The notes beneath the pieces were generated by a model. It had not been told where the DNA came from. It made no database searches and saw only the letters and a list, made by a program, of their open reading frames with translations. From the NCBI RefSeq assembly GCF_000143415.4, contig NW_003314273.1, forward strand, positions 2,112,597-2,176,596: 64,000 nt of DNA, read 5' to 3'. Shown in pieces: positions 37,700 to 49,016 of the stretch (its first letter is position 1; every line of letters begins with the position of its first letter). Origin of the DNA: Selaginella moellendorffii (taxonomy: Eukaryota > Plantae > Lycopodiophyta). Both the position numbers and the translations under genes were made by a program.

Positions 37700-38600
37700 G
37701 CCAGAGCTACTGGGAGACACGCGGAGCAACGCTCGATTGGTTCTCGAATTACTCCAGATTCGACTCGATTATCCGTTAGCAATTCCACAAATCTTCCCTT
37801 CCAAGGTTTTAATGGCTGTGTGTGGGAATTCAGGTACCAAGGTCTCAATGAGCGATGCCATAGAAAAGAATACTAATTCCAGGGATGTAAAACAGCAATG
37901 TCTAACGACATGGTGGAAGATGGCTAAGAAGAAATCGTCAACACCGATCTATCTTCGGTGGTGATTGACAACTTCAAAGCTAGATATGCTCACGTTCCTC
38001 AGCTCTCTTGTATCCTTGGGCTTGGTGATGTTACTTCTTTGCAGCAGCCATATCTTCCTTGACGAAACTTAAGACGTGGCAATAGATTCACGGGACATGA
38101 GTGCGTTTCAAGACTGTTCCTTTGATGCGGTCATTGACAAAGGTAACAAAGTAATAGTTTACTCTCAAGAGTCTCCTCTTACATTTTCTTTCTCTTTGTT
38201 TTTCAGGCCTGGCCGACGCCATGCTAGTAAGTGCTTGTGTCACCAAAAACATCCTTGTCTAATGCAATTTGCGTTCCTTCTTTCAGTGTGGAGTTGATCC
38301 GGCCGAAGGCGTTCTACACATGCTAAGAGAGACTTATCTCGCTTGCAGGATTTTGAGACCACAAGGAGTGTTTATGCTGGTAGGAAGAAAAAAACACTTC
38401 TATAGTTCCTGATCTATAAACATTCTCACTGCAGATCACATACAGCCACCCCGAAATACGAATGCCGGCGTTGCAGGAACCAGGATTGAAATGGTCCATC
38501 CTTCTGTACGCCTTGGGTATGTTTTGAGCTCAAAACGGGATAAGCTCACTCTGTGTGTTTTCTTCTCAGCCAAGCAAAGCCGTAATGGAAACCATTGAGG
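37700..38600 (+). pseudogene. SAM-dependent methyltransferase (EEF1AKMT4/METTL13-N-like) pseudogene
   Basis: Exons give VLMAVCGNS, MSNDMVEDG*EEIVNTDLSSVVI (TAA at 37925-37927), DMSAFQDCSFDAVIDKG|LADAML|CG, and RILRPQGVFML|ITYSHPEIR. Motif I Gly is changed and one intron donor appears deleted. Confidence 0.8.
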
Positions 38601-38821
38601 GAGTAACTCCAGATTCACTGCCCATTGACGAGCGCAACTGGTCTCAAGATTTTGGAATATATTTAATTAACTTTACTAGCTAAAAGTATTTATCTAACCA
38701 CATTTTAATCTAAGATACAATTAATTACCTTTTCCCTCACTACTATATAACAGCGAAAATGCTTGTGAGGGTTTATCACTTTCCATCCTCTCCAAGAGCG
38801 ATCAAGCAAGACCAATCGATC

Positions 38822-40141
38822 ATGGGAGTTCCTGGGTTTTTCGCCTGGCTCGTATCCAAGCATCCTCGGTGCGTGAGGGACGCGATTGATGGTGCCAAGA
38901 ACAATATTCTTCGCTACGACAACGCAAACTTGTACGTGGACCTCAACACCATCATCTGGGTCATCCTGGAAAGCCACGATTGCCCGCCCACCTTTGCCAC
39001 TTTTTACCAAGAGTTCCTCGACTCGCTCCGCAAGCTCGTCGCCATGGTGGCTCCGACCAAGCTCGTCTTCCTAGCCCTGGATGGAAGGCCTCCCACCCCC
39101 AAGCTCTTCAGCAAGCTCTTCAAGAAGCCGTGTCGCTACAATCGCGATGCTTCTCTCTCCTCCTTGTCCTCCTCGGAGGATGAGCTCGATTCCACCAAAG
39201 GTCAGAAAGGTGATCTCATCCCACGCAATCGCAAGGCCAAGATGGCGATGGTCCGCCATGGAACGCCTTTCATGAACGGGCTGGAGAGTGAACTGCGACG
39301 ATTTGTGGCAAGCATGATGCTGTCAAGTTCATATGATCATCGCTGGAGGAGATCAATGACTAGCTCGAGGCTCCAGTGGATCGTTTCCACGTCCGAGGAG
39401 GACGGGGAGGGCGAGCTCAAGATCTTCAACCACATACGGGCTCTGCCGTTCAACGCCCACGACTTCCACTGCGTGGTTGGACGCGACGCCGACTTGATCA
39501 TGCTGGCTCTCGCTAGCCCGCTCTCCAGGAAGATCAACATCGTCCGCCAGACGCCGAAGGACGGAGTGATGATTTACAAGCTCATCAGCATCGAGACGCT
39601 CGTGCGTGATTTCGAGGTGCAGATGGAAGAGCCGTGCTCCGTGCGGCTGCGGTCCACCATGAGGGATCTCGTGTTCCTATGCTTCCTTCTGGGGAACGAT
39701 TTCCTGCCCGGCCTGGAGGCGCTCACAATCCGAAACAATGGCATCGACAAGCTCCAGCAAACGTACATGGAGGTTTTCAGCGAGGCAGGGGAGTTTATAA
39801 TCAACTGTGATGGGCATGTCAACATGAGAGCGCTGGAGCGATTTCTATTGCATCTGCCGAAGCAACTAAGGACATCAAAGAAGTTAGAATCTAGTGTTGA
39901 GACGAGCATGATAATGTGGTCATCGTATATCAACATTCTAAGGTGGTGCGCAGACTATTATTTCAATGGAGTGGTGTTGGACGAGTCCTACTACTCGTGG
40001 GAGAATGCTCCAGCCATGGGAAGATTCATCAACTTCATGGGCACACACTCATGTGGCACGGTAAATTCAAGACCTCTACTCCCACCAGTTACTGCTACGA
40101 GCGTTCTTAACTTAAGACCTCAGTGGTTGAAATCTTGTTAA
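38822..40141 (+). CDS. Short intronless XRN-family 5'-3' exoribonuclease-like protein (439 aa)
   Basis: MGVPGFFAWL, NLYVDLN, FLALDG.P..K, GTPFM, GEGELKI, HCVVGRDADLIMLAL, DLVFLCFLLGNDFLP and W..DYYFNG. Confidence 0.88.
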   Translation: MGVPGFFAWLVSKHPRCVRDAIDGAKNNILRYDNANLYVDLNTIIWVILESHDCPPTFATFYQEFLDSLRKLVAMVAPTKLVFLALDGRPPTPKLFSKLFKKPCRYNRDASLSSLSSSEDELDSTKGQKGDLIPRNRKAKMAMVRHGTPFMNGLESELRRFVASMMLSSSYDHRWRRSMTSSRLQWIVSTSEEDGEGELKIFNHIRALPFNAHDFHCVVGRDADLIMLALASPLSRKINIVRQTPKDGVMIYKLISIETLVRDFEVQMEEPCSVRLRSTMRDLVFLCFLLGNDFLPGLEALTIRNNGIDKLQQTYMEVFSEAGEFIINCDGHVNMRALERFLLHLPKQLRTSKKLESSVETSMIMWSSYINILRWCADYYFNGVVLDESYYSWENAPAMGRFINFMGTHSCGTVNSRPLLPPVTATSVLNLRPQWLKSC

Positions 40142-40227
40142 TATCGTATGGAATGACTGTAAATTCTAGTGAGAGCAAAAGGGAAGATCGAACTTAGATC
40201 TTTAATACTAATATATGCATTTTAAAA

Positions 40228-40830
40228 TCACAAAGAGTTCCCAGTATGAGTCGGAGGAGCGACCAAGCAATCCAGCCGCCGGCTTCCTGCTATTGCAGAA
40301 GCTTCTACTTCTCGGCACGGGTCTTGGAGAAGAGTGGTGGCAACCTTGAGGTTCTTGACGGCCTGGATGGTCGTGCCTGGCACCTTGCTCACAAGCCCCA
40401 GCAGCACGTCCACCTTGCACCCCTGCTCGATGGTCAGCTCGATGCTCAGCCTGTGGAGCTCCTAATCGACGGCGGCAGCATGAGAATGTGCCATCTCCCA
40501 CGCTTGGATATGATCCCTGGTCTCGATGGAGCACCGCCGATCGAGTTGAGCGAGACGTTGAGCCGGTCCTGCCTGTAAGTCCGGACGTGTGAGGTAGAAG
40601 GCGTTGTGAGGGTCCGTCGTCACCTTTGCCTTGTCGTATCTAGAGTCGAGAGAGTCTGGCACGCCACCAGGAGCGTCGTCCAAGTCCGGTTGAAAAGGCA
40701 TGGTGTCGATGAGCTCCACGGCCTGGCCGAACAGCCCCGTCCGGCACATGGGATCCGTCAGGCAGTCGTAGTGAGCCAGCGTCGTTCTCACGCCATGATA
40801 GTCTTGGATCATGTTGGCGAAGTCAGGTGG
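40228..40830 (-). pseudogene. Decayed PLS-type PPR/E/DYW gene fragment (copy 1)
   Basis: HYDCLTDPMCRTGLFGQAVELIDTMPFQPD (PPR/E1 pattern) and LLGLVSKVPGTTIQAVKNLKV (DYW-domain pattern). Frameshifted. Confidence 0.75.
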
Positions 40831-40856
40831 ATGCCGCTTGATCACTTCCACCATCA

Positions 40857-41937
40857 TCATCCCGTTCTCGCTGAGAGGAGAGTCCCTGCCTTCTTAGCAA
40901 GTTTGCGGCATTTGAAAGCCGGATGATCACAGTAATGATCCACCGCCTCTGGTGCCTTCCTCTTGTTTCGAAGCAGCTCAAACCCCGAGTAGAATAGTCC
41001 TGTTTACAAGGAAAAGAGTTAGCCGATCACAGAAATCACGAAACAAACTTACTGTCAGGGAGAGTAAGTTCCCAGGGATTGAGAGGCGGATGATCACAGT
41101 AATGATCCACCACCGGCGGTGCCTTCCTCTTGTTTCCGAGCAGCTCAAACTCCCGGTAGAATAGCCCTGTTTACAAGGGAAAGAGTTAGCCGATCCCCCG
41201 TACAAATCAAGAAACAAACTTACTGTTACAGAGAGTAACTTTGAGGCGATCAAGAGGCGGGTGATCATAGTAATCCGGTGGTGCCTTCCTCTTGTTTCCA
41301 AGCAGCTCCACTCGATCATGGTAGAATAGCCCTGTTAGGAAAAGAGTTAGCCAATCCCTCAGAAATCACGAAAAAACTTACTGTTAGGGAAAGTATGTTT
41401 GCGGTAATCGAGAGGGCCGTGATCATGGTAATGATCCACCGCCGGAGGTGCCTTTCCAAGCAGCTCCACTGCGCCAAACTCCGGGTAGAATAGCCCTGTT
41501 TACAAAAAAAAGAGTTAGCCAGAAATCACGAAACCAGACGAGATCATGGGAACCTTGACCCAGCTCGGGCTTCCAGGAGAGCTCCTGTAGCTCCACCACC
41601 TTTTCATCGTCACAGCGTCCGATTTGCTGCCGCTCGGGCGGTTTGATGCAAAGCTGTTCGAGGGAGGATTCGTGCTGCGCCAAAAGAGAGCATTAACAGA
41701 AAAGGAAAGGAAGGGGAAAACGAGAAAGGAAGAAGAGCCATACCTTTTCCTGTGCAGCTTCCATTTCCTGAGCCTGCAAGAACGAGGAAAGAAATCTTGA
41801 GAAGAAGACCTAAAAAAACTTACCTGGATGAGAGAGTCCAAATCGTCCGGGAGCTCATCCTTGACATTCCACTCGGTGCATACAAAATCGAGAGCAAAAA
41901 TTATCTCCACAATCTGTAACATCTCCAGCAACACCAT
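40857..41937 (-). CDS. Predicted 7-exon ~247-aa protein with four exon-encoded tandem repeats; candidate repetitive peptide precursor
   Basis: Exons 41937-41824, 41773-41744, 41674-41554, 41495-41382, 41331-41224, 41166-41053 and 40999-40857. Six GT-AG introns of 50-69 nt; the spliced frame is open from ATG to TGA. Confidence 0.6.
40900..41535. repeat. Four ~160-170-bp tandem units, each one intron plus one exon
   Basis: Recurrent GATCAC/GATCCACC...GGTGCCTT...AGCAGCTC...GTAGAATAGyCCTGTT...AAAGAGTTAGCC...AAATCA...AAACTTACTGT. Confidence 0.92.
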
Positions 41938-42028
41938 CTTGGAGAGAGAGAGAGAGAGCGAGAACAAGCAAATACCTAAAGAGAGATTATTTTGTAGTCT
42001 GGAAGTTTAGGGCTTTGGACGATCGAGG

Positions 42029-42300
42029 CATGGTACTCACTGCGCTGGTCGACATGTATGGCGTCTCTGACTCGCTGGATTCCAAGAGGATGGCCTTCTG
42101 GACGGCCGTGATCTTCCCACGTGCATAGCACTCTACCTCACTGGTGATGTTGCATCTCCATCGTTTCGCGAAGATGGGAGAACACGCTCAAATCTCTTCC
42201 CACCTGCCAAGAACTTGGTGTCGTCATGACTGCCTCGCCGTGGCTCCACTTATGCCCAACGAGGGAACTCCCGTACTTCTCCAGCGTCGGGGCTCCGATA
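42029..42300 (+). pseudogene. PPR gene debris
   Basis: Reads LTALVDMYG and FWTAVI, typical PLS-PPR motif fragments; the frame is quickly lost. Confidence 0.45.
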
Positions 42301-42692
42301 CACAGTTTTGTAAATGTTTTAATAATCAAATTATAAAGATGTTTATAGTTTATAAACTTTCAAGTATATTCTATTTAATGTATATAATTTATAACATTCT
42401 TAAATACATATTGCATGTTTCATATAAGTTGATTTGTGTTTTGGTATGCCATTGGATACTGCCATTTATGACTGCTTCAGAAAACAGGTTAACACCAAAT
42501 ATTTCTGGCTCTTTGTTTTGCAACTTCAATTTTTGTAAACTCCCTCTCTTTGCATGGGAGGCAATGAAGTGCCACCATGAAAAGAGAGAGAGGGATGGGA
42601 GGAAGGAGAGCACGGGAGGCCTCCCATTAAACACCATCCTTCTCCACCTAGCTGGCAATGGTGTGGCATGATTACATAGCATTTCTCTCTGT

Positions 42693-42696
<4 letters not shown>

Positions 42697-42736
<40 letters not shown>
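42697..42736. repeat. (CT)n microsatellite
   Basis: Direct reading. Confidence 0.95.
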
Positions 42737-42739
<3 letters not shown>

Positions 42740-43189
42740 GTGCTGCCACACAACATTACTTCCAATCACTTTAACTTGGACCAAAGCCTCTTTCATAGGA
42801 CAGAGATGAGAGAAAAGAGGGTCTTGTCCTGGTATTTTCCTAGTCTTTTCCTTTGCATGCAATGCTAACCAGTGTGTAAGTATCTCTCCTTTTGCTTTGC
42901 TCATCTAGATTGGCGGATGTTGGGATACCCTTTTCTCTAAGGGGTTTGAGGTTCTTCTCTGGAATGGAAATGCTAGTCAACCCAAGCAGCAGCAGCAGCA
43001 GCAGCTAGGTTGGAAGTGGTCTTCTTTTTGCTCTCAAGGGGCAGCAACAATGATCATATGGAGGTTTCTATGAATTTGTGAAGCTCAGTGGTACTATTAG
43101 CTTTGGCATTATGGAATATGGGCATGCTCTTCATCTTTGCACAACCTGGAGCTAGTAACTATTGCTACATAGTCTTCTCCTCTTGGATC

Positions 43190-43350
43190 ATCCTTAGTCT
43201 TATTTTTCCAACGGATGCCTTGCAAGTTTTCAAGCACACTCTTGGGAATCCACCAGAACTTCACAGGTGGATAGGTGATGATCCTTGCTTAGTTTTGTCG
43301 TCATGGAGAGGAATCAAATGTGGTGGAGATAGCCATGCTATTGTCCCACT
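43190..43350 (+). pseudogene. Isolated LRR N-terminal cap (LRRNT_2) fragment of an LRR-RLK/RLP
   Basis: PTDALQVFKHTLGNPPELHRWIGDDPC...SWRGIKC matches the 'D..AL..FK......L..W....PC..W.GV.C' cap. No LRRs follow. Confidence 0.65.
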
Positions 43351-43639
43351 GTTCAAATTCTTTTTTTCTTCATGAAGAACAAATAATGGTAAAAAATGTT
43401 TCTAAACTCCAAAATGTCAAAGTGCCAATCAAAAGCTGAGAAAAACCATAGTCGTTGGATGGACAGATGCAGATGGGAGTGGAAAGAGAGAAATGCTATG
43501 TAATCACGAGTACTTACCCAATAAATGTTAGGTGGTTTACAAAGAAGTTTTATATTAGTGTTGATTATAAAAACAAAAGGATCTTGAGGAAGGAAGTGGC
43601 CTTTGTGTGTGGTGTTTTAAACTTTAATTCCAAGTCCAT

Positions 43640-45830
43640 GTGGTGATGTGCATCTTGATAAAGCCACATAAAGTTGTCCATGAGTGAAAATTGGGTGGGG
43701 CAAGTAAACTCCAACTCAGTCAAATGTCTGTCCTTGGCATTTGAAGATTGTTAAGTAGTAACCTAGATGAATTGGAAATTGTCTTTTGAACATTTTGAAT
43801 GGAATTTCTGTATTTAATGCTATTAGTGTGATATATGGGATAAAAACTTTTGTCCCTTTAAATTGCCTCATCACAATTTCACAATTTAAAACATTTGGTA
43901 ATGCATTTTTCAAGATGAGAAGTGTGTTGTTACATAATCCTATTGATGGACACAATTCTTTAGGAGGATAAGAATAACACCTTGTTTGAGAGAGAGTTTA
44001 TATGGTGGGAGACCAGAAGGTGTTATAGAATTTAGGAATTCTATTGGAAAGCTTTCAAGATATTTAGTGTTAACAAAATCAATGTTTTCATAAATATATG
44101 TATCATTTTGTAATTTAGAGACAATAGTGTTGTTAATTGCAAATGTGTCATTGTTAATTTTCTAAATAATCACCATAATTTATTCATTTTTACAAAACTT
44201 GAAACAATTTATGCCCTATATCCATGTGGAATGACTGAAAGTGTTTGTCTAAAGTCCCCACTAGTAATAACAATTATGCCACCAAAAGGTAATGATGTAT
44301 TTCTTAGGTCTCACAACACTTGATCAACAACAGTGAATACATGAATGTGAACCATATTTATTTTATCCCATAACAATGCATTAGTAGTTTTGATTCTTTT
44401 ACTTGCTTCACTATTAGCAGTTATAGTAGAAGTTGATGTTTTATTTATTGGAATAAAAAATTTAAAAGTAGTGTGTGAGGTTTGGTCATTATAAAGTAAA
44501 GTATTTGCAATTCCTATCCAAGCTATGTTAGCAACATTTATTTTTCTCAGTTGTAAAATATTTATAAGAGTGTTAAGAAGAATGTTTTACCAATACCACC
44601 AAGGCCATCAATGAAAATATATCGATTATGATCAATAAAAATATCATTAAAAATATTTAACTGTTCTTGATTAAATTGAGGAATATTTTGTTCAACATTT
44701 TGATATATTTGTGTTGAGTTGACAATATTTTCATCATCAAAATTTTCAAATGGGAAAAAATACGTGTTAGTTTTGATTAGTTTTGCCATGCATTCTCATT
44801 TTAATTTTTGTATCATGTAAAGCATATTCATAATGAAAAAATTGATTTTTTTTGCATGAAATCTTCACAAAGGAAGTCTTTAAATTTATCCCATAAGAAG
44901 TATAGATTTTTTGGAGTGCAAAAGATACAAAGTAATACAAATAATTGTCTTAATTGTGATGACATTATAAAAAAGTAAGTATTTTTTAAACATTTTTCCC
45001 ATTCAATATCATCAGCTATAAACCCCATTGCATTTGCAACTTGTTGAAATGTGTCATAATAAATATTATTAACTGTCTTGAGATCTTTGAAAGACGTAGC
45101 ACTTTTTTTATGAAATAAAATAAGATGTAAACGATATAATTCAACATTGGATGGCGATATAAAATACATTCACGACATGACATTTTTTATATGTCGAATT
45201 TGCCAATTATGAGTATGAGAGTTAAATGTATAATATAAAATGATTTCAGGATATATATATTGTTTAGCATTTAGGTCATTTATATTTAATTTAAACTATT
45301 TTTTCAACATCATACCATTTTGAGTAGCTTTTTGAAGTGTTATTGTTCAGAACTTTCTATAAAATAGACATCTTAAAAATTTGGAAGATGGATAGGAAAA
45401 TAGATTATAAAGGTTGAATGATCATGCATTTTAAATTTAAAGAGTCTCTATATTTGGCTCTAGAGTAGATACATAATATGTATTTAAAAAAGTTGAGATT
45501 TCATTCTAATTTAAAATATTGTCAGATTGTTGGGTTGCTGAATGGATTTCAATTGTAACACAATTATAATATTTATAAATATATTTAAATAAATATTTAA
45601 TACTTTTTATAGTAGCACAAATTTCAATATTAATATGAGCATTATATTTTTTACAAAGGTATTTATTATAAGGCACTACCCAATGATTATCAATATAGCA
45701 CCCAAGTTTTAGAAATATGCAGCCATTATCAAGGCTATAATAATTTAGATATCCATCAACACTAAAAGTAATTTTATAATTAAATTTTTTTGGATAACCT
45801 TTTACAGAAGTGCCATTTTCCATGCAAAGA
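43640..45830 (-). mobile_element. Decayed Helitron Rep/Pif1-helicase remnant
   Basis: Rep-like DNHWVVPYN..L..KYNAHINIEIC.....IKYLFKYIYK, then LRQLFV, Walker A IFIDGLGGIGKTF, and RQFPI...Y..TI.K.QGQTFD.VGVYL...[12 protein letters not shown]. Many stops; termini not located. Confidence 0.9.
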
Positions 45831-45882
45831 CTATTGGGTGTTTACTTGTTTCTAACAAGTGCTCTCTCTCTTGCTTTCCAAG

Positions 45883-46690
45883 ATGTTGTTTGAGCTACTA
45901 CAGATAGCAGAAATCGTGCTTGCCTGAATGTCAAGGATGAGCTCCCGAGCAATTTAGCTGCTCTAATTGAGGTGAGTTTTGGGGCTTCTTCTCAATCTCT
46001 CATTCCTGCTTTTAGGCTCAGGAAATTGAAGCTGCACAGGAAAAGGCTAGTGTTTCTCCTTTTCCTCTCTCATTTTCAGACTCTCCTCTCAGCGAGAACT
46101 GGATGATAATGATGGAAGTGATCAAGCGTCATCCACTTGAGATGCAGCAGGTCTTTAACTTCACCAACATCTATCATGGCATGAGCCTGGCGCTGGCTCA
46201 CTACGACTGCCTGGCGGATCCTGTGCCGGAAGGGGCTGCTCGGGCCAAGGACAGCATGCCTTTCGAGCCGGGCGTGGGTGATGCTCCTGGCGGCGTGCCA
46301 GACTCAATCAACTCTCTACTGGTGCAAGGCTCTGGCAATGAAGCCTCACAACACCAAGATCTACTTCGCGGATCATGTGTCCAGAAGGACAGGCTCAACG
46401 TCTCGGACAAGCTCAACTCAATCTAGCGTCAGGTCGGGCGGTGGACCCACGAGATCATGGCAGCTTATGCGACCAGGCTAAACATTGAGTTGACCATCGA
46501 GTGTAGGTGCAGAAGTACCACAGGCCATGCTGCTGAGGCACGCTGCCAGTCAAGAACCTCAAGTCTGCCACCACAATATCAACGTGAGGTTGAGTTCCAC
46601 CACATTGAGAAGGACATGCGTACAGTAGCAGGAAGCCCTCTTGATTGTTTGGCTCCTCCAACTCACATACTAGGAACTCTTTAGATGCAA
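45883..46690 (+). pseudogene. Inverted, broken paralog of the 41937 gene (exons 1-2) plus PPR-DYW fragment (copy 2)
   Basis: MLFELLQIAEIVLA / NVKDELPSNLAALIE|AQEIEAAQEK, then ACTCTCCTCTCAGCGAGAAC..ATGAT and LAHYDCLADP...MPFEP. Matches 41937-40228 on the opposite strand but lacks exon 3 and the repeats. Confidence 0.75.
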
Positions 46691-46707
46691 TTGAAAACTA
46701 TACTTGA

Positions 46708-47171
46708 ATATTCTCTATTTACAATTTTCTTATCAATGATATAAATTTATCTAAATATAGAGATTACTTTAACAATTTAAAATGTTAATTCTCATAATTA
46801 ATGAATTCTTTCATAAATTTAAATTTATATTGTGCTTGCTCGAGGTATAGAATAGGTATATTGATTGGGTTAAACTGTTGTTTATATACAAGAATGGATA
46901 GATTAGATTCAGTCCTAAATAGATAGTTTATATGCTATAGTATTACCTCGAGTAATACTATAGTGCGTATAAATTTTGGTCAATGATATAAATTTATCTA
47001 AATATAGAGATTACTTTAACACTTTAAAATGTTAATTCTCATAATTAATGAATTCTTTCATAAATTTAAATTTATATTGTGAGTGCTCGAGGTATACAAT
47101 AGGTATATTGATTGGGTTAAACATTCTCTATTTACAATTTTCTTAATAATGATATAAATTTATCTAAATAT
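46708..47171. repeat. Local AT-rich tandem duplication (~140-bp core in two copies plus a partial third)
   Basis: CAATGATATAAATTTATCTAAATATAGAGATTACTTTAAC...GATTGGGTTAAAC at ~46734 and ~46981, with a partial copy at ~47124. Confidence 0.88.
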
Positions 47172-47221
47172 CTGGTGGAGACAGGGCCTGGCCCCTTCTT
47201 CTTGTCCCAAGGCCAGCTGAC

Positions 47222-47325
<104 letters not shown>

Positions 47326-49016
47326 GGCAAGTTCATCTTAATATTGTGTTCTCCCTTCTCTTGGGAAGTAAACCATGCCATTACCATAAAGGCCAAAGGC
47401 AAATACTTCCACAATACTAAAGTGTGCATGTCATAGATTGACTTTCAAGATGTTTATCACATGTGATTACAAACCAAAGGTGGCTGATGATCTCACCTTG
47501 TAATACTTGAAACTTTGGGTGATATGGTCATGTTTATGGTTTTATGTGTTTTATTGTTTCTTATGAAGTTGAGCCCAATGTTATATGACACAAAGATCAC
47601 ATCTCAAAGCTTAAGAAAAGAGGGCATTGTATCAAGATGAGTTTACTGAGAAGTCTTTTATTGAGTCTTTCATTGTGGGTGAAACCTTTTGAGTTCATGA
47701 AAGCCAACCAAATAAAAGAATATGTAATATAATAGAGAATTATATATAATATAATATATGAAATATATTTCAAAATTCTAATAGAAGATACAATAGTGAT
47801 CTATCAAACCAAAATTAATTACTCTACTATTAAGTGGTATATTTATTAAGTTTGAAAGCTTAATTTAGACTAGTTGTAGCTATTGTGAAATGATTAAGCT
47901 TGTTATTATTGAGTCCTACTCTTACATTACTTAAAAGTTTAATAGTTTATCTTATAGATAAATCAATTTGTTGATAATAAACACTTGGGTCTTAAGGTCT
48001 TAACTAGGTCAAATATTTTCTCTAATTGCAAAGTGTAATTTATCTTGAAAAAAAGTAAAAAATTTAAAATGATTTCAAATGAAAAGCATAATGTATATAT
48101 ATATTTCATAATAATAATAATAAAATATATACCATTTTCATTTGAAGATAAAATAAAAAATTTCTAAATTTTTTAAATTTCAAAATAAATATTCTAAGTA
48201 TATCTTAATTCTTTAGAACAAACCAATATATCAACTCAAAGGTATTTAATTCTAAAGCATCTAGTTGTAGATAAGAAACAAGAAAGGAAAGAAAAGGTGG
48301 TGTAAAAGAATTTATTGTATTAGCAAATTAATTTAATTTCTATATTCTGAAGAATTAATCTCTCTTAGAAATTGAATTTCAAAAAACTTGTCTGTGATCA
48401 CATGGCTAAGGACTAGAAAATACAAAGAGGAAAATGAAGTACAATGAAGGGAAAGGAGAACATGAACAAGTTAGAGTAAGAATGTCAAGTATTAAATTGA
48501 AATGCAATAATTAATTGCTAATGGAAAATGAAGTGTTAAAAGTTGAAATAGAAATTTATTTTTTCATCCAAAATTTAATTTTGTTAACATATCTAACAAC
48601 CATCTTTTTGCTGTCACAGTAGCCCAGCAGAGAAAAAAACAATATCCAATAGTACAAATTGTTCCTACCAAAAATAATCGCTATTGTGATGGCAGCGTGG
48701 ACATAACCCATTTTATTATTCAAAGAAGGTCAAAGCACGATTAACTATGCTGCTATGATTCTATGTAATAAAGATTATCTTGTCTGCGTTGGTTATAGTG
48801 TTCTTGTTTTTGACTTATGACCTTATGATTTCTTCAAGATTGTTCCGATCAATGTCGGGACTTCACTCTCCTTTTTCTCTACCTTGAACTCCAAAAGTTT
48901 GTGCGTAGGAAGACTAAGAGAGTCCAAGGATCAATTTCTTGTCTGTTTGGATCCTGAAGCTTGAATAGCCTCTAATTGTGTCTCCCGGAGATCTTCTCTA
49001 GGGTTTGTTTCCGGCG

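Noticed and set aside
40900-41535. CRISPR-like appearance of regularly spaced repeats
   Set aside because: Eukaryotic context, no cas genes, and the whole units are homologous with splice signals, so this is exon duplication.
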